The position numbers and the translations under genes were made by a program. Under the pieces are notes generated by a model. The model saw only the letters and a list, made by a program, of their open reading frames with translations, was not told the origin of the DNA and did not search any database. Below are positions 1 through 14,330 of a stretch of 64,000 bases of DNA, piece by piece. The first letter of the stretch is position 1, and each line of letters starts with the position of its first letter. This DNA is from Eledone cirrhosa (lineage: Eukaryota), in the NCBI GenBank assembly GCA_964016885.1, contig OZ024755.1, positions 28,830,001-28,894,000 on the forward strand. Reading direction: 5' to 3'.

Positions 1-364
<364 letters not shown>

Positions 365-1267
365 AGGGATATGGGCTTGTTTGTGTGTTTGTCTGAATCT
401 GACGTGAATCTTTTGCCTGAAGGTGCTTGCTTCATACACATTTGAGTAACATACTTACCCAACATATGTTTGAAGTCTGAAAATAAAAGTATAATAATTA
501 TACTGATAAAGTGATTCCTTTATTCAACATAAGCCCGTTGTTTTTATCCAGAAAATGTACAAATAATGATCCATAGATTTAAACATAAAGATGTCTGATC
601 ATAGAAATTCTAAAGAGACACCCACGAACATACATTCACAGACACATACATATACGCCTAATTATATTCCTACATGTATAAATAAATACTTTGATATGCG
701 AAGGTGGAAAACCTGACTGGATTAGTAATGATTCTCAAAGGAATCATTATTCTGTGAAATTCAAGATAATAAATTATGAAAATCGATAAAAGTAAGGATT
801 CAACTGTGATTCCTTTGATGTTACCTACTATACCGTCCGATATCTTCCTTAGAAACAACCCGAAGCATGCCGATATTCATTGAGATGTAATTGCTGTGAA
901 TTTGCAATGTAATGACTGTGCAAGTGTTCATATTGTCGTGCTGAGGTTTCTCAATATTTTAAATTGTTGACTTCCAAAGGACAATGATAAAAACTACGTA
1001 ACTGGAGAGTAAATATTCCTGTATTTCCGTTTCTATATCTTGGATGTTAACCTCGAGATAGTTAGTAATTTAATATATCGAGTATCGGTCTTCAAATTAA
1101 GTATTAATAGGCCAGTACGTTTCGATTTTGTTAATGCGCTTTTAACCTGAGAATTATAGAAACATTTAAGCAGAAAATAATATGTACGATTATTGTTCCT
1201 GTTAGCGTTTAGTTAAATATCTGCTTTGATCCTGTAGTTGGTTATATTCAATATATAATAACAAAAT

Positions 1268-1474
1268 CAGTATCGGTTAGACGTTGGACAACATGCTTTG
1301 CGGCATAGAGTTACGGTCTTTTTTACGTTCTGAGTTCAAATTCCGCCGGGGTTAGCTTTGCCTTTCATCTTTAGGGTGTCGATAAATAAGTACCAGTAAT
1401 TCGCTGGTATGCATTTAATCGACTTTCCCCTGACCCCACACTTGTTGGTTTCGTGCCTAAATCAGAAATCATTA
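1268..1474 (+). mobile_element. tRNA-derived SINE, diverged subfamily
   Basis: Box-B-like GAGTTCAAATTCC and central GCCTTTCATC...GTCGATAAATAAGTACCAG, shared with the main SINE family. Confidence 0.8.
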
Positions 1475-2264
1475 TATGCAGTACATCGAACAAATACATT
1501 CCTGTTCGCTCTACATATATACATGTATTGTGATTTATTTCAAACCCTGCCAACCATTATTGAGCAGATATTCAAGACAATCCTACTTTGAACCTAACGC
1601 TTCATTAACCAACGATCTCTGCAATTTTTAAAGGGTGCAGTGATGATATAACTGGTGTTTCCAACAATCATATTTAACGGTTCCTTAACTCGCATAGACA
1701 TACCAATCGAGTTTGTATAGCAGCTAAATTACAGTCTTCTGCCAATATGCTAATGTCACAACATTCTGAAACGAAATGCGACAAGTAACGGTAAACATAT
1801 AGAAAAATAGATTCTGTTTCTTGTGAATATTGTTAGAGATCTTGATCAGACATGTTGACATTCCGAACGATAAACGGATGTTCATATTTTTGGTTAAAAT
1901 ACGAAAAAGCTAGCTTGGTTTCAAAATTATTACAGTTTACGTGTTTTGAACTGTTTGTATCATTTTATCTCATTGTGTACTCTGTAAAAATATGTAAATT
2001 TTATACCTATTTTATATGAGTTGAATAATTGTCCGATGAATTCTGTTTGACAATATCGTATTTCCACCACAATATACCGTATATTTTGTATACAACATGG
2101 ACAAATGTATTAACCACGCTCCATCATCCACTTTTCTAAAACAATATATCATACACAAAACGCCAGCATCAACAGTTTTTCAACAGATGGCAACATGAAT
2201 GGATCTGTTGTTTTTATCTAAAGAGATGTTTTCCCATTCCTTCAATCTATCTAATTTCTAATTC

Positions 2265-2300
2265 TCTTCTGATGAAGGACTAGAGTCCGAAACGTTAAGA
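2265..2300 (+). ncRNA. minimal type I hammerhead ribozyme
   Basis: TCTT-CTGATGA-A-GGAC-TAGA-GTCC-GAAAC-GTT-AAGA; stem III is the palindrome AACGTT (dimer-type HHR as in PLEs). Confidence 0.75.
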
Positions 2301-2513
2301 CCCTCTTCCTGCTATTTCAAGCGTTAACCTAATATATTCCTTCCATATTTTGTACCGATTGTGTTGTTATTTTTGTTTACCTTGGTTCAAACTGAATTGG
2401 TCTGTCCCAGTCATTCATTGAGCAACATCGGTGAAGTTGGCACCCTTAACTCGCAGTTGGGTGCGGATGCATTCATGTATATATGTGTGTGTCCGCATGT
2501 ATCTGTCTGTTTC

Positions 2514-2580
<67 letters not shown>

Positions 2581-2654
2581 GTAATCTGAGTTTTTCGAAT
2601 ATTAATAATATTCGATTCGTTTGCATTTATTGTATTCATCCATGTACAGCGAAA

Positions 2655-2733
<79 letters not shown>

Positions 2734-2837
2734 AGGATTTCTCTTCAAGCATAGCTTTATACAGATATATATATAGACATTTCGTATTACTAAAAAAACA
2801 CGGTATGTTTATATATTTATTTGTTTATATATTTATT

Positions 2838-2868
<31 letters not shown>

Positions 2869-3084
2869 TTGAAAAAAGGAAAAGAATGACTTCACTTGTA
2901 GATCCAAACAATTTAATTTTATAACATTACAATTTTACAATTTAGCTATCAACATTATTTTCCTTTTTTTCAAATATACCTAATTGTACCAAGGATTTCA
3001 CACATTTTCCAATACACACACACACACACACACATATATCCTGGTAAAACTATCCAGGTAAAACTTGAACCGTGAAGGTCTCGG

Positions 3085-3225
3085 TCCTAGATATGTCAAT
3101 ATTTATAAAACAAACTGTGTATTTTATCTGATGAGGGCGTACCAAAGTTTTGATACCCTTGAAATATATATAATAGAATAAATATGGTTTTATAAATATA
3201 GTTTCCATTTATTAATATCATTGAT
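3085..3225 (+). mobile_element. solo PLE pLTR fragment (family C) with hammerhead at 3120-3180
   Basis: TATTTTAT-CTGATGA-GGGCGTACCAAA...TGATACCCTT-GAAA-TATATA-TA-ATAGAATA. The downstream AAATATGGTTTTATAAATATAGTTTCCATTT is identical to the pLTRs at 23040, 56850 and 59980. Confidence 0.85.
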
Positions 3226-3369
3226 ATATATATAAAGGAACCAAATAAATATATATATTTAAAAAAAAAATAAGGCTCCAGTTGCATTTTCGATTTCATC
3301 TCTTTTTCTTTATACTTTCACTCGTGTAGGACACCTCGGTTATTTTTCATTTTGTAAAAAAAACTTCAC

Positions 3370-3453
<84 letters not shown>

Positions 3454-4013
3454 TTACAAGAACGTATGAATATGCAGATGTGTAAGATACAAGGCGGTAC
3501 GATTATATAGTGAGAGAAATTATTCATCGTTATTGCAGTTCTCGGTGAATGCAATAGGATATCTGAAGACAGTATATTTTACCTTTCCACAGAAAATATT
3601 TATAAAGAGGGCAATTGTTTGAGAAAAAAAGGTTGCTACAACTAGAAAAGTCTTTGTTATTAATGTTGAAGAAATCCTGGAAATATAATGATTAACTTAG
3701 CTTACTACATACTACAGGCGAATTGCTTTTATAATTCTTATGTTATATTTTATTTATCGGAATATACCATAAAATGTTTATGCGTCTATTTCTTACGCTT
3801 GGGGATATTAGTGTGTGCTATCTATCGTATTTTTTCTTCACAATCAAATAGTACGTAGGACTTCATTACACTAATGACAAACACTAATGAACCTGGCCTC
3901 ATTTGAATGTAACGGCATCATACGTCTATTAATATTAGTATCTACTTCCACCAGGTAGAGGTTGGAATTATTATCATTATTATATTCATACATACATAAA
4001 TACACACATGCGC

Positions 4014-4050
<37 letters not shown>

Positions 4051-4179
4051 CGCACACAAACACACACACACACACACTTACACACACATACATGCACACA
4101 TGTATAATTACACACACGCGCATATATGTTATATATATATATTTTTTTTCACTTCATTACAATAAATTGAAGTGAAAAC

Positions 4180-4232
<53 letters not shown>

Positions 4233-4258
4233 TATATATATATAAATATGAAAATATA

Positions 4259-4530
<272 letters not shown>

Positions 4531-4870
4531 TTTTCGTAAAATCCATATTTAACTTAGATTCACTAACGTGCACAGAGGCAACTGACTAATCTATAATGAA
4601 TTTAATTGATGGTATATACTAAATATTCTATTTGAAATAGAAAGTATGAAAGAAATAGAAAGAAAATGGATTCTCCGGGCTAACAAAACCTTGCTCCAAA
4701 CTGATCTTGAACAGATGATTTAGACTGTCAGGAAATAAATTGCAAGCGTGCGACTAAATATTTTGACACTCACCAATAAACTGTTAGGAACGTATGTTAC
4801 CAGAAACAGGATATACTAGAAAATGTATCATCATAAATATTGAAAATGACCCTTGCGTGATGTAACTCTG

Positions 4871-5240
4871 AAAGAAGGAAAACTCTGATATAACACCTGC
4901 AACCCTGATGGTATCCAATGATGTCGACTTGTTCTTCTTTTTGGTAAATATCATCTTGGTTAAGAGAGTGGGACTGGCTTTGTGCAGTGCCTTTGATCAC
5001 TATAAAAGCTTCACGGCACAGGCATTGCTTTATATCTGGAGATCTCTCTGCACTTGTCGTCACATGGTACCATCGGCCCAGCACTATGTGTCAATAATTG
5101 TCACAAGTGTAGTCTTCGTACCAGAGTTTTTAAGTCGCTGGCTGGACTAAAAAGTCACACTCGTTCAGCGCATCGGTAGGGGTTCTCCTACATGGATATA
5201 AAGTAGTGGCCGTACTCGAAAACGAGTTGGCAGCCACCAT
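4871..5240 (+). mobile_element. bipartite non-autonomous RTE-derived element, copy 1
   Basis: RTE 5'UTR-like AGAAGGAAAACTCTGA joined to an RTE ORF2 C-terminal zinc-finger remnant ([22 protein letters not shown]) and a 3' CTCG-AAAA-CGAG stem-loop, ending in (TA)n. Confidence 0.8.
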
Positions 5241-5247
5241 ATATATG

Positions 5248-5308
<61 letters not shown>

Positions 5309-5313
5309 GTATG

Positions 5314-5350
<37 letters not shown>

Positions 5351-5417
5351 GTATGTATATATATATGTATGTGTATATATATACATATGTATGTATATAT
5401 ATATATATTTTTTTTTT

Positions 5418-5617
5418 GGAACGATCGACGTTCGTCAAATCGGACCGAGGAAACAATCTTTCCGTTGGTCTTTCGAATTGCTAGTACTATCTATCGGTCG
5501 CAACTCCAGGTGGAAGGAGCAACGTGAAATAAAGTGTCTTGCTCAAGTACATAACGCATCGCCTGGTCCAGGAATCGAACTCACAACCTTACGATTGCGA
5601 ATCTAATTCTCTAAACA

Positions 5618-5620
<3 letters not shown>
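5418..5620 (-). mobile_element. tRNA-headed SINE family 2, copy 1
   Basis: Box B GTTCGATTCC and central CTTGAGCAAGACACTT; matches 26856-27075. Confidence 0.85.
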
Positions 5621-5692
<72 letters not shown>

Positions 5693-6462
5693 GTGTGTGT
5701 TGGTTTACCTTTCGGTAATATTGTAACGTCATTGCTTGATTGTTTATAAAAGAAAACACATGTTGTTAAGAAAAAATTGCGTTAGATTGTGAGATTGAAA
5801 TCATGAATTGACATAAAAATTGCCCTATGGTACGCATTAAATAAAATTATGATATTTTATGGAGCTGAAAGATAAATGGTCACCACAGGAAAAAAAGAAT
5901 AAAATGAAGAAAAAAAAAACTATTGCTAATATGAAGAATTATTAGCCCGCGAAATATATATTTCCATCTAACCCCTTCTCGTGTCTTTGTGAATAATATT
6001 GTCTAAAATATTGTATACTTAATTTACAATCAGGAATTTGTAATCTGCCATCTTTGCAGGCGCCAGAAGCTAAAATTAGAAGTGAAACTATGTAGAGATA
6101 TATTTCATTATTAAAAACATTTTAATGTCATTTCTTAACGAGTGTAAACTTTGTGACAAAATATAATAGCTCTGATAGAGAAAACATATTACAGGCTTTT
6201 CCCCTACCCACACACGCAGACAAATGAAACACGACACAGAGCCTAAACAAAAATTGTTATAGAAAGCGAAAGTTTAAAAAAACAAATAATCATGAAAAAT
6301 GATACTCTAGTGAATGTTTATTTAAAGTTTATGTTGCTCTTTCACATATTCAGGTTTAGAAAATAGGAATTTTTTTAATAAGTTTAAAAGAGGTCAAAAG
6401 GAAGTAAATTGTATCTGTACACATATTTACATTTATACCTACACACATGTTTGTTTATGCCT

Positions 6463-6502
<40 letters not shown>

Positions 6503-6519
6503 GTAAATATATATATATG

Positions 6520-6728
6520 TATTTCCACCGTCACCCCCCCCTTTTTTTTCTAAATGTCTCTCCTCCACTCCCCTACACACCATCGGACTCTTTTCCCACC
6601 CACCTTTCGCCTGAAGAAGGGCTTATGCCAGAAACGTTTTCCCCTCCCCCACACACTCTCAAGAGCGTGAAACTAATAAACTTTTGTTCGTACTGCCTCT
6701 CTGTTTTGTTCCCGTTCCATTTTTCACT
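6520..6728 (+). mobile_element. PLE pLTR-like mini-element (family E) with hammerhead core at 6611-6638
   Basis: CTGAAGA-AGGGC-TTAT-GCCA-GAAAC-GTT; homologous to 54915-55108 and 55310-55442; flanked by TA repeats. Confidence 0.7.
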
Positions 6729-6885
6729 ATATATATATTTATACATACATATATATCCTCATCTATCTATATCTCTACATCTATTTATATATATATATAT
6801 ATATAACAATATATACACACATATATACATATATATATACATACATGCATATATATATCTACATCTATCTATCTATCTATCTCTC

Positions 6886-7143
<258 letters not shown>

Positions 7144-7147
7144 ATAT

Positions 7148-7181
<34 letters not shown>

Positions 7182-7183
<2 letters not shown>

Positions 7184-7593
7184 GGTGGCTGCCATTTCGT
7201 TTTCAAGTACGGCCACTACTTTATATCCATGGAGGAGAACTCCTACCGATACGCTGGACAAGTGTGACTTTTTAGTCCAGCCAGCGACTTGAAAACTCTG
7301 GTACAAACACTACACCTGTGACAATTATTGACACATAGTGCTGGGCCCATGGTACCATGTGACGACAAGTGCAGGGAGATCTGCAGATATAAAGCAATGC
7401 CTGTGCCGTGAAGCTTTTACAGTGAGCAAAGGCACTGCACAAAGCCAGTCCTACTCTCTTAACCAAGATGATATTTACCAAAAAGAAGAACAAGTCAACA
7501 TCATTGGATACCATCAGAGTTGCAGGTGTTATATCAGAGTTTTCCTTCTCCTAGAATTCTGCCTTGACAAAGGCTAAGGGGTCATCTCTCCCG
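7182..7593 (-). mobile_element. bipartite RTE-derived element, copy 2
   Basis: Reverse complement of 4871-5240 plus additional 5' sequence. Confidence 0.85.
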
Positions 7594-7594
7594 A

Positions 7595-7702
7595 ATCGAT
7601 CGCAATTTACATTATGTAAGAACTATATATAAGCGTGTCTGTGTGTGTATGCAATGAAAGAACGCTCCCGGCAGTTCTTACATAATGTAAATGGCGATCG
7701 AT
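7595..7702. repeat. 30 bp inverted repeat, MITE-like
   Basis: ATCGATCGCAATTTACATTATGTAAGAACT (7595-7624) pairs with 7673-7702. Confidence 0.75.
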
Positions 7703-7790
7703 CTAAGAGAGAGAGAGAGTTGACAGCGTTTCTGTATGTATTGACAAAGTCAAGATACATAGTACCAAGTCATAGTCGATTGACATTGAC

Positions 7791-8066
7791 GGGGCGTGGG
7801 ATTGGCAGTATCGATGGGTAATTGCTGGCCTTGTGCCTAAAGTAGAAACAATTATTATTATTATTATTTAGGGCGGTGGATTGGCAGTATGAGTAGAAAG
7901 TCGGACGCCACGCTCTGCAGCATAGAGTTACGCCCCTTTATAATCTGAGCTCAAATCCCGCCGAGATTAACTTTACCTTTCATCCTTACGGGGTCGAAAA
8001 CATAAATCAGCAGTAATGTACCGGGGTAATTGCTGGCCTTGTGCCAAAAGTAGAAACAATTATTAG
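7791..8066 (+). mobile_element. main SINE: internally deleted copy (7791-7860) followed by a full copy (7871-8066)
   Basis: GGCGGTGGATTGGCAG head, box B, GCCTTTCATCCTTACGGGGTCGA-type core and CCTTGTGCCAAAAGTAGAAACAATT tail. The core resembles Nin-domain SINEs (from memory). Confidence 0.9.
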
Positions 8067-8144
<78 letters not shown>

Positions 8145-8171
8145 ATGGATATATATATATATATATATGCA

Positions 8172-8527
8172 AAAGTTTTATTTAAGATTGTTGGGTTAAC
8201 AACGAGTAAATATTTTATAACTGATATAAAAGCACTCAACAGTTTCTGGAGTAGGTTTACGATATTAAACAAATGGAAACTATATTTATAAAACCATATT
8301 TATTTCGTTATATATATTTCTGGGATATCATATTAAAAATATGGTATGCCTTCCTCAGACAAAATACAATACATAAGCTGTTTTATAAATAATTAGTGAC
8401 ATACCTTGTAATAATGCAACTTCCTTTTAAAAAGTTGATTTGGTATTTTTAATATGATATCCCAGAAATATATATAACGAAATAAATATGGTTTTATAAA
8501 TATAGTTTCCATTTGTTTAATATCGTA
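8172..8527 (-). mobile_element. solo PLE pLTR (family C) with hammerhead and inverted 5' duplication
   Basis: Minus strand: AAG/GTATGT...TTTTGT-CTGAGGA...GAAA-TATATA-TA-ACGAAA (8301-8366). 8443-8527 is an inverted copy of about 8258-8341. Confidence 0.85.
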
Positions 8528-8543
8528 TATATATATATATATA

Positions 8544-8651
8544 TTTGAAGGAGCACTAAGATAGCGTTAAGCGTATTTGGCTGTATATGACAGCCTACAC
8601 TATAAATCTATAAATAATAAACATGAGATCCTCAGTATCAAAATTATTAGT

Positions 8652-8682
<31 letters not shown>

Positions 8683-8695
8683 GCGTATGTATATG

Positions 8696-8726
<31 letters not shown>

Positions 8727-8845
8727 ATGTATATATATATATTTGAAGGAGCACTAAGATAGCGTTAAGCGTATTTGGCTGTATATGACAGCCTACAATA
8801 TAAATCTATAAATAATAAACATATGAGATCCTCAGTATCAAATTA
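8544..8845. repeat. about 100 bp direct repeat separated by microsatellite
   Basis: TTTGAAGGAGCACTAAGATAGCG...GATCCTCAGTATCAAA at about 8544-8642 and 8742-8843. Confidence 0.9.
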
Positions 8846-9027
8846 ACAATATTTCCATACAAACATTTTGTTCACTAATGCTTTTGGCTTTCCTGTATTA
8901 TTATTATTCTGTATGGTTTACCCTGAAATTAGTAATAACACACAGTTATTGGTGTTCATATTGCGGTATATACGAAAGCGTATGCGATATATTCGTGCAC
9001 AATAAACATGAAAGCTTAAGCTGTAAT

Positions 9028-9219
9028 AATTATTTCTACTTTTTGACACAAGGCCAGCAATTACCACAATTGCATTACTGGTACTTATTTTATCGACCCC
9101 GTAATGATGAAAGGTAAAGTTAACCTCGATCGGATATGAATTCAGACCGTAAAGGGCCATAACTCTATGCTGCAAAGCATGGCGTCTGACGCTCTACCGA
9201 TACTGCCAATCTACCACTG
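9028..9219 (-). mobile_element. main SINE copy
   Basis: Family consensus; target-site duplication (TSD) AGCTGTAATAAT. Confidence 0.9.
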
Positions 9220-9328
9220 TTAGCTGTAATAATATCATTGTTAATTCACACATTGAAAATCAAATATTGGAATTCGCACTATAATCAAATGTACACTTCC
9301 ATCAAATGTTTCAAACGCCGAAAAGAAT

Positions 9329-9420
9329 ATACCGTATTTCCCGGCGTAGAAGACGTTACTTTATTCCTAAAATAAGTCTCAAAATCTACCGTGCGTCCTG
9401 AAGGTCGAAAGATGTTTATT
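9329..9420 (+). mobile_element. Tc1/mariner-pogo (Tc2-like) transposon end remnant
   Basis: TA-CCGTATTTCCCGGCGTAGAAGACG resembles pogo/Tc2-type TIRs; no partner TIR seen. Confidence 0.5.
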
Positions 9421-9685
9421 ATTTTTTACCAAATTTTTGGTTGTTAACATTAGGGTTTTTTTTTCTCGAGGACGAGCGTTTTCGTCGCTGGGAAACTCAG
9501 TATCAAGTGAGTAAATGTCCCCGATGATAGATAATGATCTAGAAACTCACTTCTGCTATTCCCAACAACTACTAATGATAGCAGCGAAATGATCACAGCT
9601 TAAAAGAATCATAAAGTAATATCCATAGGATTAGTGCGCCTAAACCTATCGCATATGTCCCCATATACAACTCTACCATGAACCA

Positions 9686-9797
9686 TGCTATATTGCTGTT
9701 ACGGAAGTCTGATATATTACTGCTACGGAACCCTGCTATATTACTGTTACGGAAGTCTGATATATTACTGTTACGGAAGTATTATATATTACTGTTA
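9686..9797. repeat. 24 bp minisatellite
   Basis: About five units of TATATTACTGTTACGGAAGTCTGA. Confidence 0.9.
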
Positions 9798-9987
9798 GGG
9801 CAGTGGATTGGCAGTATCGGTAGAGGGTCGGACGCCATGCTTTCCAGCATAGTTACGTCCCTTTACGATCTGAGTTCAAATCCCGCCGAGGTTGACTTTG
9901 CCTTTCATCCTTACGGGGTCGATAAAATAAAGTACCAGTAATGCACTGGGTAATTTGCTGGCCTTGTGCCTAAAGTAGAAACAATTA
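9798..9987 (+). mobile_element. main SINE copy inserted into the minisatellite
   Basis: Family consensus; TSD TATATATTACTGTTA. Confidence 0.92.
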
Positions 9988-10871
9988 TATATTACTGTTA
10001 CGCAAGACCGAACAGGAATCATGCCTGACCTTGAATTGAAAATAATCACAAACTAGAGATTGCCAAAACCACAACACTCGTGTTAACAACAAACCATATT
10101 CATATAATCTTGTAGCAATATAGAAAATGACTTATATGAGTTGTAAGCTTTAGGAATACAGCTGTTACGTTGGTCATACTAATACATCACTTCCTTTGTT
10201 TTCCGTGCACTACAGTCAGGAAGCAATACATACACCCCCGCCTAAAAGGAAATGCAAAGCACTTCTAAAATGAATACGCAAACAGCTTACTACACACGCC
10301 AAAATTTAAATAAATATTTGGGTAATTGAGTGCCGACCAAACTTCACGTTCACTCCCGTAATACTAACTAGAAAGACATTAAATCTTAAACAAACCACGT
10401 TCACTCGTTATAAATATAGATAGAAACAACTCTTCGCATGCTTTAAGGTCTGAAGTATTAGAAGACGCGTAAATGATTTTTTTTCTTTTCCAGATGAAGC
10501 ATCATTGATCGAAATATTAAAGGAAAATATTTTCCAGAAATGGTGTAAATATGTACCCGAAAACCTATGCATTCTTCTTAGAACATTTGGATCCCTCGTG
10601 CATTCAGATCGAATAGCAAATTAGAAACAGTCCTGTTGGCTCGTAACATATGTAGGTTGAAATAAATGCTGAAGAGAAGTAACTATTTAGACATACGATA
10701 GAAATGCCCGATTTTTTTTGAAGGAATAATTTCAACACTAATATCTACGTTATCCTATTAAACATATTTCTATATGTATTTTTGTCCTATTCTTTCTGCC
10801 GATAAGTAGATTTTTTCTAACAATTCTAAGAAATGATAATACTGATTTAGACTGAATTACCTTTCTTAATA

Positions 10872-11060
10872 TAATTGTTTCTAATGTTGGCACAAGGCCA
10901 GCAATTAGCCAGTTCATTACTGGTACTTTATTTTATCGACCTGGTAAGGATGAAAGGCAAAGTTAACCTCAACGGAATTTGAACTCAGACCGTAAAGGGT
11001 CGTAACTATGCTGGAAAGCATGGCGTCTGACCCTCTACCGATACTGCCAATTCACCGCCC
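10872..11060 (-). mobile_element. main SINE copy
   Basis: Family consensus; TSD CTTAATATAAT. Confidence 0.92.
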
Positions 11061-11796
11061 TTAATATAATATCTATATACCGGTTTCTATATATAATTCT
11101 TATAACGTTTGTTTCATTACATCAGTCTATTAACTTGGCAAGCAAATAGAGTGTGTGAGAATATTACTAAAGTTGTAGCGTATATGATATATTAGAAATG
11201 TATGCGGGATTAAAGAGGATATTTTTGGGGTCAATATTCGTGATAGCTTCCGTAAATATTCATGCGTTTCTCAAAAGTTCAGGGTTGTATTTGAACCGGA
11301 TATAATTGGGCATCGAAAGCAAATTTTCTCCACTGTACACTTAATGCTTGTCATTTTTAGTTCACGAAACTTGTTACGCTATATAGTTCCACAAGTGGTT
11401 TGCCAAATTCTGTCACACGAACACTCTTTTTTCTCATGATAAATCTCTACTTATGTTTCGTTTGTTACTGTTGAATACATCTAGCTGATGACAGTTCAGC
11501 AAACGGAAATGATGATGTAATCCGTAAAAAATCTGATTTTGGTCTACTTATGTAGGCGGAAGGGTAAATGACAATTCCAAGCTCTCGCATCATGTTAATT
11601 AGATTTTAAACCAATTTCCTGTCTGCCAAAGGTATTATACCTTCCTTTATACACTTCACAGAAGGCAGTATATCTCACATCTTAAAACTACTATAATATG
11701 AAACAATGAAAGACGAGAAAAAGAAAGAAAGATGGAAAGTGAAACAGATAGAAAAACAGTCACACACTCGCACACTCATATATATATTTGTGTGTG

Positions 11797-11863
<67 letters not shown>

Positions 11864-11952
11864 AGACGTAAGATAAGAAAATTATAAAATTAACTTACTT
11901 AATATATATATATTTATTTATTTATATATATGTATATTTATTTATGAATGAA

Positions 11953-12235
11953 GTAATTCCGTCGGAAAAGTCCAGAAAAAAAGAGTGCTCTATGTAGGTA
12001 ACAGAGCATAATAGTTATGTAATAAACAACATATTTCTTACAAGCAAAAAATGTTGCTTTCAATCATCAGAATGAAAAAATCCTGGTGTATTTATTGATA
12101 TTGGATTCTTTAGAATCCAATATCAAAAATACACCAGGATTTTTTCATTCTGATGATTGAAAGCAACATTTTTTGCTTTTAAGAAACCACTGGTAAATGG
12201 ATAATTGCCTTATGTTGTTTATTACATAACTATAT
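11953..12235 (-). mobile_element. fold-back mini-element (family D) with stem-II-less hammerhead-like core
   Basis: About 100 bp arms centred at 12110 (GGATTCT-TT-AGAATCC). CTGATGA-TT-GAAA-GCAA...TTGC-TT on both arms. Tail shared with 56441-56502. Confidence 0.7.
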
Positions 12236-12290
12236 TTATTTATATATATATACATATATTTATTTATATATATATTTATATATATATATA

Positions 12291-12478
12291 GGAACGAGTA
12301 GGACCCCGACCGCTGAGCTCAATCCGTTTCGACGGCTAAGTCCAGAATTAGCCGTCGAAACGGCTTGAGCTCAGCCGTCGGGGTCCTACTTGTTCCTATT
12401 ACCCAATCTACTACCCTAAGTATTGAGTACTTTGGTGCGTTATGGTCCACCTGGTTCCTTACCAAATTTCCTTCGTTA
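12291..12478 (+). mobile_element. fold-back mini-element family A (hammerhead 3' half)
   Basis: 49 bp arms around GTCCAGAA; right arm GAAAC-GGCT-TGAGCTC-AGCC-GTC; fixed tail ...GGTGCGTTATGGTCCACCTGGTTCCTTACC; within (TA)n. Confidence 0.85.
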
Positions 12479-12530
12479 TATATATATATATAAGAAATAC
12501 TCTATATATTTTATCTAATGATTCTATGGA

Positions 12531-12572
<42 letters not shown>

Positions 12573-13426
12573 TATTTACACTAGACGGTAGCATATATTA
12601 GAAAATTGAAGTTATCATTAATATTGTGTAGACAGATAAATTAAGATTTTATCTTTTATTTTCTGTTTAATTAGGTGTCGCTTTCAAAGGAATGATGTAC
12701 AGACATTTTCAATTATTCTTCTGTACACATAAGAATTAATATACATTTGAATTTAAGCATTCGGTAGTATTGTACACATAATTGTGTATGTAGCATATTA
12801 TACGTATAACTGCGATGTATTATACGTATAACAGCTATACACGGGATGTGTATAGATGCGATATATATTTCATAAATGGTTAGACTACTTTGATTGATGT
12901 GCATACATTTGATGACGTAATTATCTTATCTATAATACAGAAAGCAGTGCGGGACTGCGTCCAGAATATATTTGTTTTACCCTGTTTCTAAAATGAGTTG
13001 GATTACTTTGAATATATAATGATTGAATATTACATAATTTATGTAATACATTTCGTAACACATGATTAAATATATTTTATTGCTTATTTAAAGATTCACA
13101 TTTTTTAAATTTTCAAACTCGACACTTCCGGTTAGCGGCCGTTATATTATAACACTTGTAAAAACATAGCATATATTTCCGTCGTTAATTTTCTCCTAAT
13201 GCAGTTTATATATGATATCGTCTTTTTTAAATGTATCATGGATTACGTTACTGATTACATAAGAGAGTGTAACGCAGTCTTCGTTCAACTTCTGTGCATA
13301 TTGTTAATTATGATTTTATTTGATGTATCATATCTACATGCGTGTATATTTGCGTATAATATCAATATACACACTACACATGCTAGCAAACAAACACCCT
13401 TCGTGTGGTGTTTCTGTTAGTTTAAA

Positions 13427-13535
13427 TAATGGTTTCTAGTATAGGCACAAGGACAGCAATTTTGGGAGAGGGGAAAGTCGATTAAATCGGCCTCAGTACG
13501 TTACTGGTACTTTATTTTATCAACCCCGTAAGGAT
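13427..13535 (-). mobile_element. partial SINE of the 1268-type subfamily
   Basis: GGCACAAGG...GGGGAAAGTCGATT...CTGGTACTTTATTTTATC. Confidence 0.75.
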
Positions 13536-13611
13536 TCCATCCCTGTACTCACATGGTAGTCGTGAGTAACGCACACACACACACATACACGCACACACAC
13601 TCATACACACA

Positions 13612-13932
<321 letters not shown>

Positions 13933-14049
13933 TTTCGGCCAGTCTTGACCCAGGCCATGTCGACCTCAATAGTACCACTCGGTGAAGTCTTTCAAATTAT
14001 TTCCAAAGTGAATTAATTCAAAGTTACCCAGTTTCAGTTGCATATTGAT

Positions 14050-14265
14050 TTTTACCTCCCATTTGATAACGGCAAGTAGATCCGATTGAAGGCCTGTCGG
14101 GTCTCAGAGTTCATTAATGATCTTCTGGAGCTTGGAATCATCTGCGAAGCTTTTATGTTACTCTGCTTGATGATATCAATAATGTTATTGATATAAATAA
14201 TGAAGATAGTTAGCCCCAACACAATGTTTTGTGGGATGCTAATACTGACTTTGACTGATAATAAT
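14050..14265 (-). pseudogene. CR1/L2-group LINE reverse transcriptase fragment
   Basis: VSISIPQNIVLGLTIFIIYINNI resembles the [23 protein letters not shown] RT motif. Confidence 0.75.
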
Positions 14266-14291
14266 TGTATTCCTTTGCCCACAGCATGTTT

Positions 14292-14330
<39 letters not shown>

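Noticed and set aside
9686-9797. CRISPR-like periodic repeat
   Set aside because: Head-to-tail minisatellite without unique spacers, in a eukaryotic context
10494-10625. Strong acceptor TTTTCTTTTCCAG followed by a short open frame
   Set aside because: No homology recognisable; cannot be supported without transcript data
11486-11520. CTGATGA...GAAA motif
   Set aside because: No convincing stem I or III and no NUH; probably chance
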